Virus record (IMG/VR): IMGVR_UViG_3300017655_000001
Span: 23,439-87,438 of that record
Length of the DNA stretch: 64,000 nt
Reading direction: 5' to 3' (one strand)
Source of the DNA: a virus
Lineage: Duplodnaviria > Caudoviricetes
In this document: piece after piece, positions 8,259-15,774 of the stretch
Numbering within the stretch: position 1 is the stretch's first letter
How the letters are laid out: every line of letters begins with the position of its first letter
Notes under the pieces: model-generated
Databases searched by the model: none
What the model was told of the DNA's origin: nothing
What the model saw: the letters and a program-made list of their open reading frames with translations, nothing else
Program-made: the position numbers and the translations under genes

Positions 8259-8873
8259 TTAAAAAATGATTTGTGTTCCGATGAAGAGAATAATACTAGC
8301 TAAAGTGAAAGTTGCCCAATCATTTTTAGCTAAGAACTCTGCCACTTTTGATAGGGATTTTCTATCATGTTTAACGTTTTCTGCCTTAACCTTAGGCTCT
8401 TTAGCTTTCAAAGCCGAACGCTTGTTTTCACTAAGAATTTCCCGTGATAATGCCTTCTTTTGGTTGGGTTTCTCTTGTTCCCATCCTCTAGCTTTCTCAA
8501 TTAGCTGCCATTGCCTTGACAATTTTCTTTCAAGCAAGATACGAAGCTCTGAATACTCCTCAAAAGTCATCAGATGCTTGTTCTTTTCAAGCTGTGTAAG
8601 CTTAGCTTCAAGATTAGCATAGCGCTTTTCTTGAGGGATGATGCTTTCGACAAGAGATTGTTTGGTGATGGGTTTGTCAACTTTCTGTTTTGCTTTAGGT
8701 TTACGTGCTTTGATAGCTTCATCAGAGAATGCACCAACACGAGCACGACCTTGTTTGTCAAACGTGGCAATGTCAGCGGATTTGTCACCAAGATATTGAC
8801 CGTTACCACCTGACCATTGATTGTGATCGCTGGCTGCATCGATCCACGAAGGTTGTATGTACATACGTGTCAT
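8259..8873 (-). CDS. Lys-rich coiled-coil protein with C-terminal membrane anchor (204 aa)
   Basis: basic/coiled-coil body; ends in WATFTLASIILFIGTQIIF; own promoter. Confidence 0.75.
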   Translation of the reverse strand: MTRMYIQPSWIDAASDHNQWSGGNGQYLGDKSADIATFDKQGRARVGAFSDEAIKARKPKAKQKVDKPITKQSLVESIIPQEKRYANLEAKLTQLEKNKHLMTFEEYSELRILLERKLSRQWQLIEKARGWEQEKPNQKKALSREILSENKRSALKAKEPKVKAENVKHDRKSLSKVAEFLAKNDWATFTLASIILFIGTQIIF

Positions 8874-8908
8874 AGCAAAAATCCCCTAAACCATACTTCA
8901 ATGAGTAC

Positions 8909-8937
8909 AGAATAGAGGATTTCAGAGATACTGTCAA
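8909..8937 (-). promoter_or_regulatory. sigma70-like promoter
   Basis: TTGACA-17-TATTCT. Confidence 0.7.
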
Positions 8938-8940
8938 GCT

Positions 8941-9372
8941 TTATTTTAGAGATTTTGGGGTAACTGCTTCGATGACAGATTCACTGTCTGCTTTCACATC
9001 CACATCAGGGATAATCACCTGTGGTTTGAAGATAACACGGTAATGATAAACGCTAACATCAGTGCCTTGAAGCTGTTCGCTAAAGTATGTCACATTATCA
9101 CTAAGACCTAGGGAATGTTTCTTGTACTCCTTTGGACCTGTTTTGCATGTAACATCAAGCTTTCGTGCTGTGCTAGCATCAAAAGAACAACGACCTTCAA
9201 GAGACAGCATGTAATCTCCAGTGATACCGTTATAGAACACAATACGACGATTCACTTCAAAGTTATCAGCAGCTTGTGAGAGATTGCGTGAAGCCACACG
9301 AGCATCATTATCACAACCAGCTAGGAAAGCTACAGACAGCGCTAGAATACAAGCTGTTAGGTTTTGTTTCAT
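8941..9372 (-). CDS. phage lipoprotein (143 aa)
   Basis: signal peptide with lipobox FLAG-C; RRIVFYNGITG motif I recall from a widespread phage lipoprotein family. Confidence 0.8.
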   Translation of the reverse strand: MKQNLTACILALSVAFLAGCDNDARVASRNLSQAADNFEVNRRIVFYNGITGDYMLSLEGRCSFDASTARKLDVTCKTGPKEYKKHSLGLSDNVTYFSEQLQGTDVSVYHYRVIFKPQVIIPDVDVKADSESVIEAVTPKSLK

Positions 9373-9554
9373 TATTTGCTCTCCTCAAATTCAGGCATCA
9401 TTTCAATTGCATAATTCAAAGCTTCCTGTTTTGCTGCCCTCCAACGAGCACCTTCCGTAAAAGGGTCCATGCCGAAAGGACATTGCATAGGGTCATCATA
9501 ATCACGAATAGCTTTTTCAAGAAGCTCTTTATAGTCTTTCATTCCGTATTTCAT
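9372..9554 (-). CDS. hypothetical protein (60 aa)
   Basis: AAGGAG RBS; TAATG overlap. Confidence 0.65.
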   Translation of the reverse strand: MKYGMKDYKELLEKAIRDYDDPMQCPFGMDPFTEGARWRAAKQEALNYAIEMMPEFEESK

Positions 9555-9572
9555 CTTATTTCTCCTTAATAA

Positions 9573-9797
9573 TTAAATTTCTTTCTTTGAAATCTCATCA
9601 ACACAGCAATGATACAGAGCTTCGACCTCTTGTTCAAGATCTTTTTGCATCTCGTAAGAAATACTTCCATCCAAACCAAAAGCTTCTATAAGCGTTAAAG
9701 AACGAATTTTAGCAACATATAGCCAATTGACACAAGACTTTGATAGCATGTGCTGGTATGTGTTTCGGATGTAGGTTATCTTGTCGTCAGTGGTCAT
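9573..9797 (-). CDS. hypothetical protein (74 aa)
   Basis: ATGA overlap. Confidence 0.65.
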   Translation of the reverse strand: MTTDDKITYIRNTYQHMLSKSCVNWLYVAKIRSLTLIEAFGLDGSISYEMQKDLEQEVEALYHCCVDEISKKEI

Positions 9798-10114
9798 TTC
9801 AAGCTCTCTTTAATAAGCCTCAACTCTTCTTCTGTGAGCTTATTTAAGGCTTTTTTGAGATTCTCCACCTTCTGCTTTTCTCGAATCTCTTCAACATCTT
9901 TGAACTGCATCGGAGTGGTAGACTCCATGACGTAGACGTAATCTTCATGAATAATGGCATTCTTTGCCATGATACGTCCTGCACCACCATACCAACCCTT
10001 GCCGATAGATTCAAGCTCAGCGTCAGCCTTATTACGACAAACGCTTACAAGCTTACCAAGGCGTCCATATTCGTCGAGTGTTTCATACACAACCCAAACG
10101 GATTCAATCTTCAT
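9794..10114 (-). CDS. hypothetical protein (106 aa)
   Basis: GAGGAG RBS. Confidence 0.75.
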   Translation of the reverse strand: MKIESVWVVYETLDEYGRLGKLVSVCRNKADAELESIGKGWYGGAGRIMAKNAIIHEDYVYVMESTTPMQFKDVEEIREKQKVENLKKALNKLTEEELRLIKESLK

Positions 10115-10323
10115 TTAATCAACTCCTCTAAAATCTTACGGCTATTCTCGCTCAATCCGCTGTCTGTGTCAAGGATGTGTTGCACTAGAAGCTTTTGACC
10201 GTCATGGATCTTAATTCCCTTTGATTGAGCTTCATAATAACCTTGAGCGGCTGAATATTCGTCAATCTGGTCACGCTCAGACCAAGTTAAGTCGTAATAC
10301 CACTTATCGAAATCGTCCATCAC
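10111..10323 (-). CDS. hypothetical protein (70 aa)
   Basis: AAGGAG RBS, GTGA overlap. Confidence 0.7.
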   Translation of the reverse strand: MMDDFDKWYYDLTWSERDQIDEYSAAQGYYEAQSKGIKIHDGQKLLVQHILDTDSGLSENSRKILEELIK

Positions 10324-10730
10324 ACAATCTCCTTAAGATTCCCTAAGACACGATGATAAGCCCCAGCACGTCCTAGGTCAAGATAGCAGTTGCCGATTCG
10401 AAGGAAATTTCCTCCGTAAACCTCTTCTTTTTGAATCGTCTTGCGCTGGCCTGTGTCTTGACACTCGTAAGTCTTACCTAACCACATCAGTTCCATCCAA
10501 CGTCTCTCAAAACGGGGTGTCCATTGGTCGAACCGTTCGTCGTATGTAAAGCCCCAGAGGCTACTAAGTGTTGTGTTGGCAGATCGAACAAGATCACGAG
10601 CTTCTTGATAATCTACCTCAAGAGTGTAACTTGAAATAAGCTTTTCTAATAGCTTATGTAAACTGTTTATAGCTTCGATGTTTTCTTGGCTAATGCCGCG
10701 TTGCTTGGCGAGTTCTAGGTTTGCAGACAT
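10320..10730 (-). CDS. hypothetical protein (MSANLELAK...)
   Basis: ORF 10320-10787; TAATG overlap favours ATG at 10730. Confidence 0.75.
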   Translation of the reverse strand: MSANLELAKQRGISQENIEAINSLHKLLEKLISSYTLEVDYQEARDLVRSANTTLSSLWGFTYDERFDQWTPRFERRWMELMWLGKTYECQDTGQRKTIQKEEVYGGNFLRIGNCYLDLGRAGAYHRVLGNLKEIV

Positions 10731-10960
10731 TATACAAGCTCCGAATTGTCTGTCAATTTGTTCCACATGTCCTCTGTGACAATACAAAGCTTAGGCTTAT
10801 CGTAAGTGTCCCAGCCGTGAGGACTGCGTGGACGATTATTAAGCTCTGTAACTTTGGCTTGCAAAAACTCTTTATTCAAGCAAACAATATAACCATCGGG
10901 ACGAACACCCCAACCCGGCTCGTATTCAGTGCAGGCGCTGTAGTAGGCAACGTTAGTCAT
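10730..10960 (-). CDS. hypothetical protein (76 aa)
   Basis: AAGGAG RBS; EYEPGWGVRPDG motif. Confidence 0.75.
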   Translation of the reverse strand: MTNVAYYSACTEYEPGWGVRPDGYIVCLNKEFLQAKVTELNNRPRSPHGWDTYDKPKLCIVTEDMWNKLTDNSELV

Positions 10961-10971
10961 TCTGTTTCTCC

Positions 10972-11268
10972 TTAGTCTTCAAATTCATAATCTGCATCAC
11001 CACAAGTGACACGCTTCAGGGTTTCAAGGTTACAATTTAACCATCCTTTCTTGTTAATGTCAACACAAGAGTAGTAATTGGGTTTGTGAGCTACAGTGCT
11101 CTTGTGTGCCTTAGAAGAATGACCTTCAGAAAACATGGCATGCTGCATGTGCTGTACGGTGGCTACACGAAGGGTCTTGTCAGCCTTGGTAAACTCAATA
11201 TGGATGAACTTGCCCTTGAACGAATCGAGCAGTTCACGCTTCTGTTGAATAGTCATTTTGCAACGCAT
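10972..11268 (-). CDS. WYL-like/SH3-barrel protein (98 aa)
   Basis: FTKADKTLR...DINKKGW pattern resembles phage WYL_2-type proteins; own promoter. Confidence 0.5.
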   Translation of the reverse strand: MRCKMTIQQKRELLDSFKGKFIHIEFTKADKTLRVATVQHMQHAMFSEGHSSKAHKSTVAHKPNYYSCVDINKKGWLNCNLETLKRVTCGDADYEFED

Positions 11269-11296
11269 GATGTGGCTCCTCTGTCTGTATGGCTAA

Positions 11297-11325
11297 ATCA
11301 TAGCTGCTTCAATTCCACCCGGCAA
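11297..11325 (-). promoter_or_regulatory. sigma70-like promoter
   Basis: TTGCCG-17-TATGAT. Confidence 0.6.
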
Positions 11326-11349
11326 GCATATTTTTAAGAAATTTTAGAC

Positions 11350-11378
11350 AAAAAGAAAGGAGCCGAAAGGCTCCTTAT
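11350..11378 (-). terminator. intrinsic terminator after methyltransferase
   Basis: AAGGAGCC-CTTTC-GGCTCCTT then TCTTTTT. Confidence 0.7.
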
Positions 11379-12061
11379 AAAAACTCCTTAATCAATCTTG
11401 AAAATGCAACTGCTGCCACGATTGGAACTTGCCCATTTCCAGCGGCGCGATTGCGTTCCATCCGAAAGGCCATCCCATCAGATACTCCATGCTCCATGGG
11501 GTTACTTTTCCAAAAACCGTTACATAATTTTGGCAAGATTTGTGTTTCTGCATCGATGGTGCTGCAAAGTTTGCCATAGTGGTTGGTGTATGCAAGTAGC
11601 CAAAATCTTTTCCGTGAGTGGTCTGCACCCAAGTCTTTCGCTGATAACTGGACATATTTACATTCATATCCGACACTTTCAAGATCTTGCTTTGCTTTGA
11701 GGATCGGCTTTTCGGATACGTTTTCTGCAAAGACAAGTGTAGGGCAAACTTCTCGTACAATCCTGTACATTTCTCCCCATAAATCTTTTTCAGCAACATT
11801 TCTTCCTCTTGCTGCATTAGAAAACGCTTGACAGGGGAATCCGCCAGAAACCAAGTCCACAGTTCCTTTCCATGGTCTTCCATCAAAAGTGCATACATCG
11901 TCCCAAATCGGGAAACTTGGGATAATTCTATCGTTCTGCCTTTGCACAAGAACATTTTGACACCACTCATCTCGTTCAACAGCGCATACAATACTGTTTC
12001 CGAGGAGGTGGCTTGCAAGTAATCCTCCACCAGCGCCCGCGAATAGATGAAGCTCATTCAT
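11375..12061 (-). CDS. DNA (cytosine-5)-methyltransferase, catalytic (alpha) polypeptide (228 aa)
   Basis: motif I FAGAGG, IV GGFPCQ, VI ENV, VIII RKRFW, X GNGQVP; only ~45 aa between VIII and X, so no room for TRD/motif IX. Confidence 0.92.
   Translation of the reverse strand: MNELHLFAGAGGGLLASHLLGNSIVCAVERDEWCQNVLVQRQNDRIIPSFPIWDDVCTFDGRPWKGTVDLVSGGFPCQAFSNAARGRNVAEKDLWGEMYRIVREVCPTLVFAENVSEKPILKAKQDLESVGYECKYVQLSAKDLGADHSRKRFWLLAYTNHYGKLCSTIDAETQILPKLCNGFWKSNPMEHGVSDGMAFRMERNRAAGNGQVPIVAAVAFSRLIKEFL
11392..12057 (-). CDS. putative methyltransferase beta polypeptide encoded in an overlapping frame (221 aa)
   Basis: ATG 4 nt downstream of alpha ATG; open for 221 codons; HTPT and MEYLMGWPFGW (motif IX-like) near C-terminus. 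Confidence 0.75.
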   Translation of the reverse strand: MSFIYSRALVEDYLQATSSETVLYALLNEMSGVKMFLCKGRTIELSQVSRFGTMYALLMEDHGKELWTWFLADSPVKRFLMQQEEEMLLKKIYGEKCTGLYEKFALHLSLQKTYPKSRSSKQSKILKVSDMNVNMSSYQRKTWVQTTHGKDFGYLHTPTTMANFAAPSMQKHKSCQNYVTVFGKVTPWSMEYLMGWPFGWNAIAPLEMGKFQSWQQLHFQD

Positions 12062-12079
12062 TTGGTTTCCTTTTAAAAT

Positions 12080-12280
12080 TTAAGAGATTTTCCAAGTCAT
12101 GCCTTGGCAGTGCTCATCATAACCAAGTGAGTTAATGACCATCAAATGACGACCTTTATTTACCACAAATGCGTCAAGACCATTTAGAGTGCTTTTGGTC
12201 TTTCCTAGTAATTCATAACCCTTAGAGATTCGATATTCAATCACAACTTTCTGCTCATTCGTTAAGAAATTCATTTTCAT
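12080..12280 (-). CDS. hypothetical protein (MKMNFLTNEQ...)
   Basis: start placed downstream of promoter 12308-12336, with AAGGA RBS. Confidence 0.65.
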   Translation of the reverse strand: MKMNFLTNEQKVVIEYRISKGYELLGKTKSTLNGLDAFVVNKGRHLMVINSLGYDEHCQGMTWKIS

Positions 12281-12307
12281 ATCCTTGGTTAACTTGACTG
12301 TGTGATG

Positions 12308-12336
12308 ATTATCCAACAGGATGTCGCTACTGTCAA
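12308..12336 (-). promoter_or_regulatory. sigma70-like promoter
   Basis: TTGACA-17-GATAAT. Confidence 0.75.
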
Positions 12337-12596
12337 GTAAATTCTTTACACGAAAACACACCAGCTTCTGTTAGTACATTATGAATGCTATGCAATGCAG
12401 CCCAATATTGTTTCATATCGTTGTCTGCGTGTTCAGGAATGTCAGCCCATATTGACAAATGAGAAGAGTAGGCTATTAAAGCAAGAGATAACGCATAGCT
12501 TAAGTCGTCACACGCGACTATGTAGTTTTCATCGTTGTTGTTCTGTTCTTTCAAGGCTTGGATGATACCAAGCGCTTTAGGTTTATCGTAGCTCAT
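12333..12596 (-). CDS. hypothetical protein (87 aa)
   Basis: ATGA overlap. Confidence 0.7.
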   Translation of the reverse strand: MSYDKPKALGIIQALKEQNNNDENYIVACDDLSYALSLALIAYSSHLSIWADIPEHADNDMKQYWAALHSIHNVLTEAGVFSCKEFT

Positions 12597-12952
12597 GTTG
12601 AAAACTCCACAACTTTAATATTCTCAAATGATTTTAAAACTTCAATACACGTTACACAAGGTTGGCTCAAACAAGGGTTGTCTTTTGCGTCCAACCTAAC
12701 AACCGTAAGTCGGTAGCCTTTTCTGTACCTGTCTTTTAGCAAAGCTGCAACCTCCGCACAAATGCATTGTTTCTCGGGTTTTCCTGCACGTTTAGAGGCT
12801 TTAGCTGTGAGTGGATGGGTCTTATGATAACTGTTCCTTCCTTCGCTAATTAGCTTCCCTTTCTTCGTAGAAATCACACAAAAATGACGACTATACCCGC
12901 GCCTGTATGGCGTCTCTTTGCATTTCTCTAGTGCGTAGTCAAACGGAGACAT
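12593..12952 (-). CDS. cytidine/deoxycytidylate deaminase-fold protein
   Basis: EGRNS, CAEVAAL (HAE-equivalent), SQPCVTC; TGATG coupling favours start 12952. Confidence 0.7.
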   Translation of the reverse strand: MSPFDYALEKCKETPYRRGYSRHFCVISTKKGKLISEGRNSYHKTHPLTAKASKRAGKPEKQCICAEVAALLKDRYRKGYRLTVVRLDAKDNPCLSQPCVTCIEVLKSFENIKVVEFST

Positions 12953-13117
12953 CAGTAATACCAAGAATTATAAGTATTCTGGGCATCCTCCTGTGCATAT
13001 TCGTCATACTCTTGCTGAAGTTCACGCATAGCTTGACGATATTCTTTATCAGTCAAGTTGCCGTTTTCATGTTCTTCACAAATCTCTTGTTCGGCTTTGT
13101 CGTACCAAGTTTTCATT

Positions 13118-13312
13118 TTACTCTACTCCCAATTCTTTATGTGCTTTCATTAACAAATCACCAAGTGCTTTCGATTGCATAATAAAGCCATTTACATTCT
13201 TAGCTTCAGAGGCATTCATATAAAGCTTGTAATGAGACGTAGTCTCACACTTCTGAATGTGAAACCCTGCTTGGGTAAGTTGTGATTGGATTCGTGAACT
13301 GAAGGTTTTCAT
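13118..13312 (-). CDS. hypothetical protein, weakly HicA-like (64 aa)
   Basis: L..AGF......SHYKL pattern. Confidence 0.6.
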   Translation of the reverse strand: MKTFSSRIQSQLTQAGFHIQKCETTSHYKLYMNASEAKNVNGFIMQSKALGDLLMKAHKELGVE

Positions 13313-13704
13313 TGCCCGAACTCTTTCTTCAAAGCTTCGAATTGCCTACGTCGCTCTTCTTTTTGTTTCTTTGCTTCTGCATTCTTTGCAGCGTTACGTT
13401 TATTGAAGATGATTTCCCAATCTTTCAAATCTTCCTTTTCATTCTTGATACGTCCTTGCATTTCTTCGTCATCTTCCCAAACTTCGTACCTAATAAAATA
13501 GTGGCAATCCTCATAACCTGTCCACTCGTATTGAAGTGACCATGAGATATACTTACCATATTTTTCCTCAAGCTCTTCAAGATATTTCTTAAGCTCAACC
13601 AGATTACCTTCTGGCCAATCTGTTCCTTCTTCTTTTGTAAGGATTTTACGAGTTGTGTTTACAACAGGCTTTTTATTCTCGTCAAAGTTATATTCAGTAA
13701 TCAT
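13309..13704 (-). CDS. hypothetical protein (131 aa)
   Basis: AGGAGAG RBS downstream of promoter. Confidence 0.75.
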   Translation of the reverse strand: MITEYNFDENKKPVVNTTRKILTKEEGTDWPEGNLVELKKYLEELEEKYGKYISWSLQYEWTGYEDCHYFIRYEVWEDDEEMQGRIKNEKEDLKDWEIIFNKRNAAKNAEAKKQKEERRRQFEALKKEFGQ

Positions 13705-13742
13705 GCAATCTCTCCTTAAAGCATTTCTGTTTTGTTAAATGG

Positions 13743-13771
13743 ATTATGGCGCACAAACAAAAGCCTGTCAA
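13743..13771 (-). promoter_or_regulatory. sigma70-like promoter
   Basis: TTGACA-17-CATAAT. Confidence 0.75.
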
Positions 13772-13822
13772 GAAATAAATTCATTAAAAGAATCTATAAG
13801 AAGACAGGCTTTGATAGTGATT

Positions 13823-14212
13823 TTAATCACATTCTTTCTTTGTGAATGTGCGAACAACTACAAGCTTTTCTTCCTCTTTACACTCTAGATCGTAAGCATA
13901 TTCAATCCAATCAATCTCCTCTGCATTGCCATGTTTTCCGCCGCCATACCAATAAACCCAACCAACCCATTCGCCGTTGGGTAGTTGTGCTGCTACAGAC
14001 TGCGACTCATAGTGTCGTGAATAAGGAGCTTCTACGTCTGTTTGCACCTCACCTTCTCGAAATTCGTACAGATAATCGTAAAGCTCATCGCTGTATTCAT
14101 CCCAAAGCTCTTCTACTTCATCTTGTGTAAGAGTTGGTGAAATGTCTTCTTCTTTCTCTACACCCCAATATTGTGCAAGAATACAATACTTAATTTTAAA
14201 TTCTGATTTCAT
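13823..14212 (-). CDS. acidic hypothetical protein (129 aa)
   Basis: SRHYES...WVGWVYWYGGGKHG motif I recall from other phages. Confidence 0.8.
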   Translation of the reverse strand: MKSEFKIKYCILAQYWGVEKEEDISPTLTQDEVEELWDEYSDELYDYLYEFREGEVQTDVEAPYSRHYESQSVAAQLPNGEWVGWVYWYGGGKHGNAEEIDWIEYAYDLECKEEEKLVVVRTFTKKECD

Positions 14213-14475
14213 TTATAAACTACCTTTGTAGTGACTACTTGTTCTTCATAACGACGAAGCCCTTCTTGTTGCACTTCAATATCCATACGACCGTTATCGT
14301 AATCTGAATACCAACTCACGAGGGCGTAAGTGTCATCATCCTTTTTGAAATAAGAGCTTACATTAGCACCACGTTTAAATACTTCCTCCTCACGATCATA
14401 CTCTGTGTCTGAGTCGTAACCATTATCTTCTGCCCAATCATACCACTTACTATTGCTGTCAAGATAAATGCTCAT
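14209..14475 (-). CDS. acidic hypothetical protein (88 aa)
   Basis: ATGA overlap. Confidence 0.75.
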   Translation of the reverse strand: MSIYLDSNSKWYDWAEDNGYDSDTEYDREEEVFKRGANVSSYFKKDDDTYALVSWYSDYDNGRMDIEVQQEGLRRYEEQVVTTKVVYK

Positions 14476-14627
14476 TCTTCTTCTCCTATATCAAATTCAA
14501 GATGTTCAATAATAGTTTCAATTTCATCTGTCACTGAATAATCATATTGCAATTCTTTCTCCAACAGATGTTTGGCGTTTTGTAGCAGTTGAATTGTGTT
14601 TTCAATAATTTGCTTGCGTTGGCTCAT
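14472..14627 (-). CDS. hypothetical protein (MSQRKQII...)
   Basis: ATGA overlap at 14627. Confidence 0.6.
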   Translation of the reverse strand: MSQRKQIIENTIQLLQNAKHLLEKELQYDYSVTDEIETIIEHLEFDIGEEE

Positions 14628-14851
14628 ACGAATTTGTCCTTTGGAATATCGACAAACAAAGCAGGGAAAGTTCCTACATCTTCCATCCATTCTCCGCTCA
14701 CTTCAAACTCCTCTACTTCTGTAATGCCCTGCATTTTGATATAATCAAGCCAGTCGTTAACGGCAACAGAATGTCCTTCTAAATCTAGCTTACCGTCGAT
14801 GTAAACACCACACCATTCCCCATATTCGTTTGTAACGTAAGTTAGCTTCAT
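14624..14851 (-). CDS. hypothetical protein (75 aa)
   Basis: GAGGA RBS, ATGA overlap. Confidence 0.7.
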   Translation of the reverse strand: MKLTYVTNEYGEWCGVYIDGKLDLEGHSVAVNDWLDYIKMQGITEVEEFEVSGEWMEDVGTFPALFVDIPKDKFV

Positions 14852-15123
14852 TCTTCCTCTTCTCCATAATATTCTGTCAGAAGTTCATCCATGCAATTAG
14901 TACACATATAGAACTTACCCCAATGACTGCGATCTACAAAAGCTTTCTCGAAATAAGCAAAGCTCCCAACAGGAATATTGTGTGGTGTTTTACCCGGAGC
15001 TAGTGATAACCAGCATTCATGCTCTTTACGTGTCTTCACGATTTTCTTTGTTTGACAACTGATTTCAGATTCATCGCCTTGAAACCAATCTTCATTAAGG
15101 TAATCTTCGTGTGTAAACTTCAC
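14848..15123 (-). CDS. hypothetical protein, possible Zn-binding (91 aa)
   Basis: HECW...CTNC; GTGA overlap. Confidence 0.7.
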   Translation of the reverse strand: MKFTHEDYLNEDWFQGDESEISCQTKKIVKTRKEHECWLSLAPGKTPHNIPVGSFAYFEKAFVDRSHWGKFYMCTNCMDELLTEYYGEEEE

Positions 15124-15371
15124 TTCTTAATCTCCTTCAAGATATTCTCCAAAATCTTACTCTGCTTCTCATTCTCAATCAAGATGCTATGAATAAGGAT
15201 GTAATAACCACTCATCAAGCTTGCGACAACAATTCCAGCAATCAAGAATACAATTCCTTGCCATACACTGCCCGCCATAATTGTAATACCAGAAAAGCAT
15301 AGAACAATCACAAATAGAGCGATGATAAGGAAATTGTTTGTTTTTAGTACAATGTTTTTAATTTCGTTCAT
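15120..15371 (-). CDS. membrane protein (MNEIKNIV...)
   Basis: two hydrophobic helices; AAGGAG RBS. Confidence 0.7.
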   Translation of the reverse strand: MNEIKNIVLKTNNFLIIALFVIVLCFSGITIMAGSVWQGIVFLIAGIVVASLMSGYYILIHSILIENEKQSKILENILKEIKK

Positions 15372-15372
15372 T

Positions 15373-15774
15373 TTATTTCTCCTTATTTTCCCATTTAGCG
15401 TCATACTGTTCGAGCAGATGACAACGAAGGTTTGCATCCATCCAATCAAAATCATCTTCAATGTTCAAGATTGTTTTTGTAGCACCAACATCTTCAATCT
15501 CATCCTTTTCTTCTTGAGACAGCATAGCATAGGATTCAAAATTTACAAATACAATTTCGTCAGCCCACCAAATTAAAGCTTGTGTAATTGGAATAAGAGC
15601 AAATTCTTTATCTGCTCCTACAGCCCTTGTATTGAATCCGTATTTGATATGCAAGCAATTGGCCAGGGTCGGAGATCTTAAAAGACCAGCAGAACAAACA
15701 CACAAAACTTTCTTTGCTTTGGTTTGAAACCTGTTCCCTACGTTAGCAAGTTGATTCTTCTTCCCTTTAATCAT
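15373..15774 (-). CDS. low-molecular-weight protein-tyrosine-phosphatase-like (CX5R) protein (133 aa)
   Basis: VLCVCSAGLLRSPT P-loop and downstream IEDD. Confidence 0.8.
   Translation of the reverse strand: MIKGKKNQLANVGNRFQTKAKKVLCVCSAGLLRSPTLANCLHIKYGFNTRAVGADKEFALIPITQALIWWADEIVFVNFESYAMLSQEEKDEIEDVGATKTILNIEDDFDWMDANLRCHLLEQYDAKWENKEK

Noticed and set aside
11375-12952. MTase plus deaminase as a 5mC-to-T editing or hypermodification system
   Set aside because: The two genes are separated by a promoter and two unrelated ORFs, and no glycosyltransferase or other modification enzymes are nearby. Proximity alone is insufficient.
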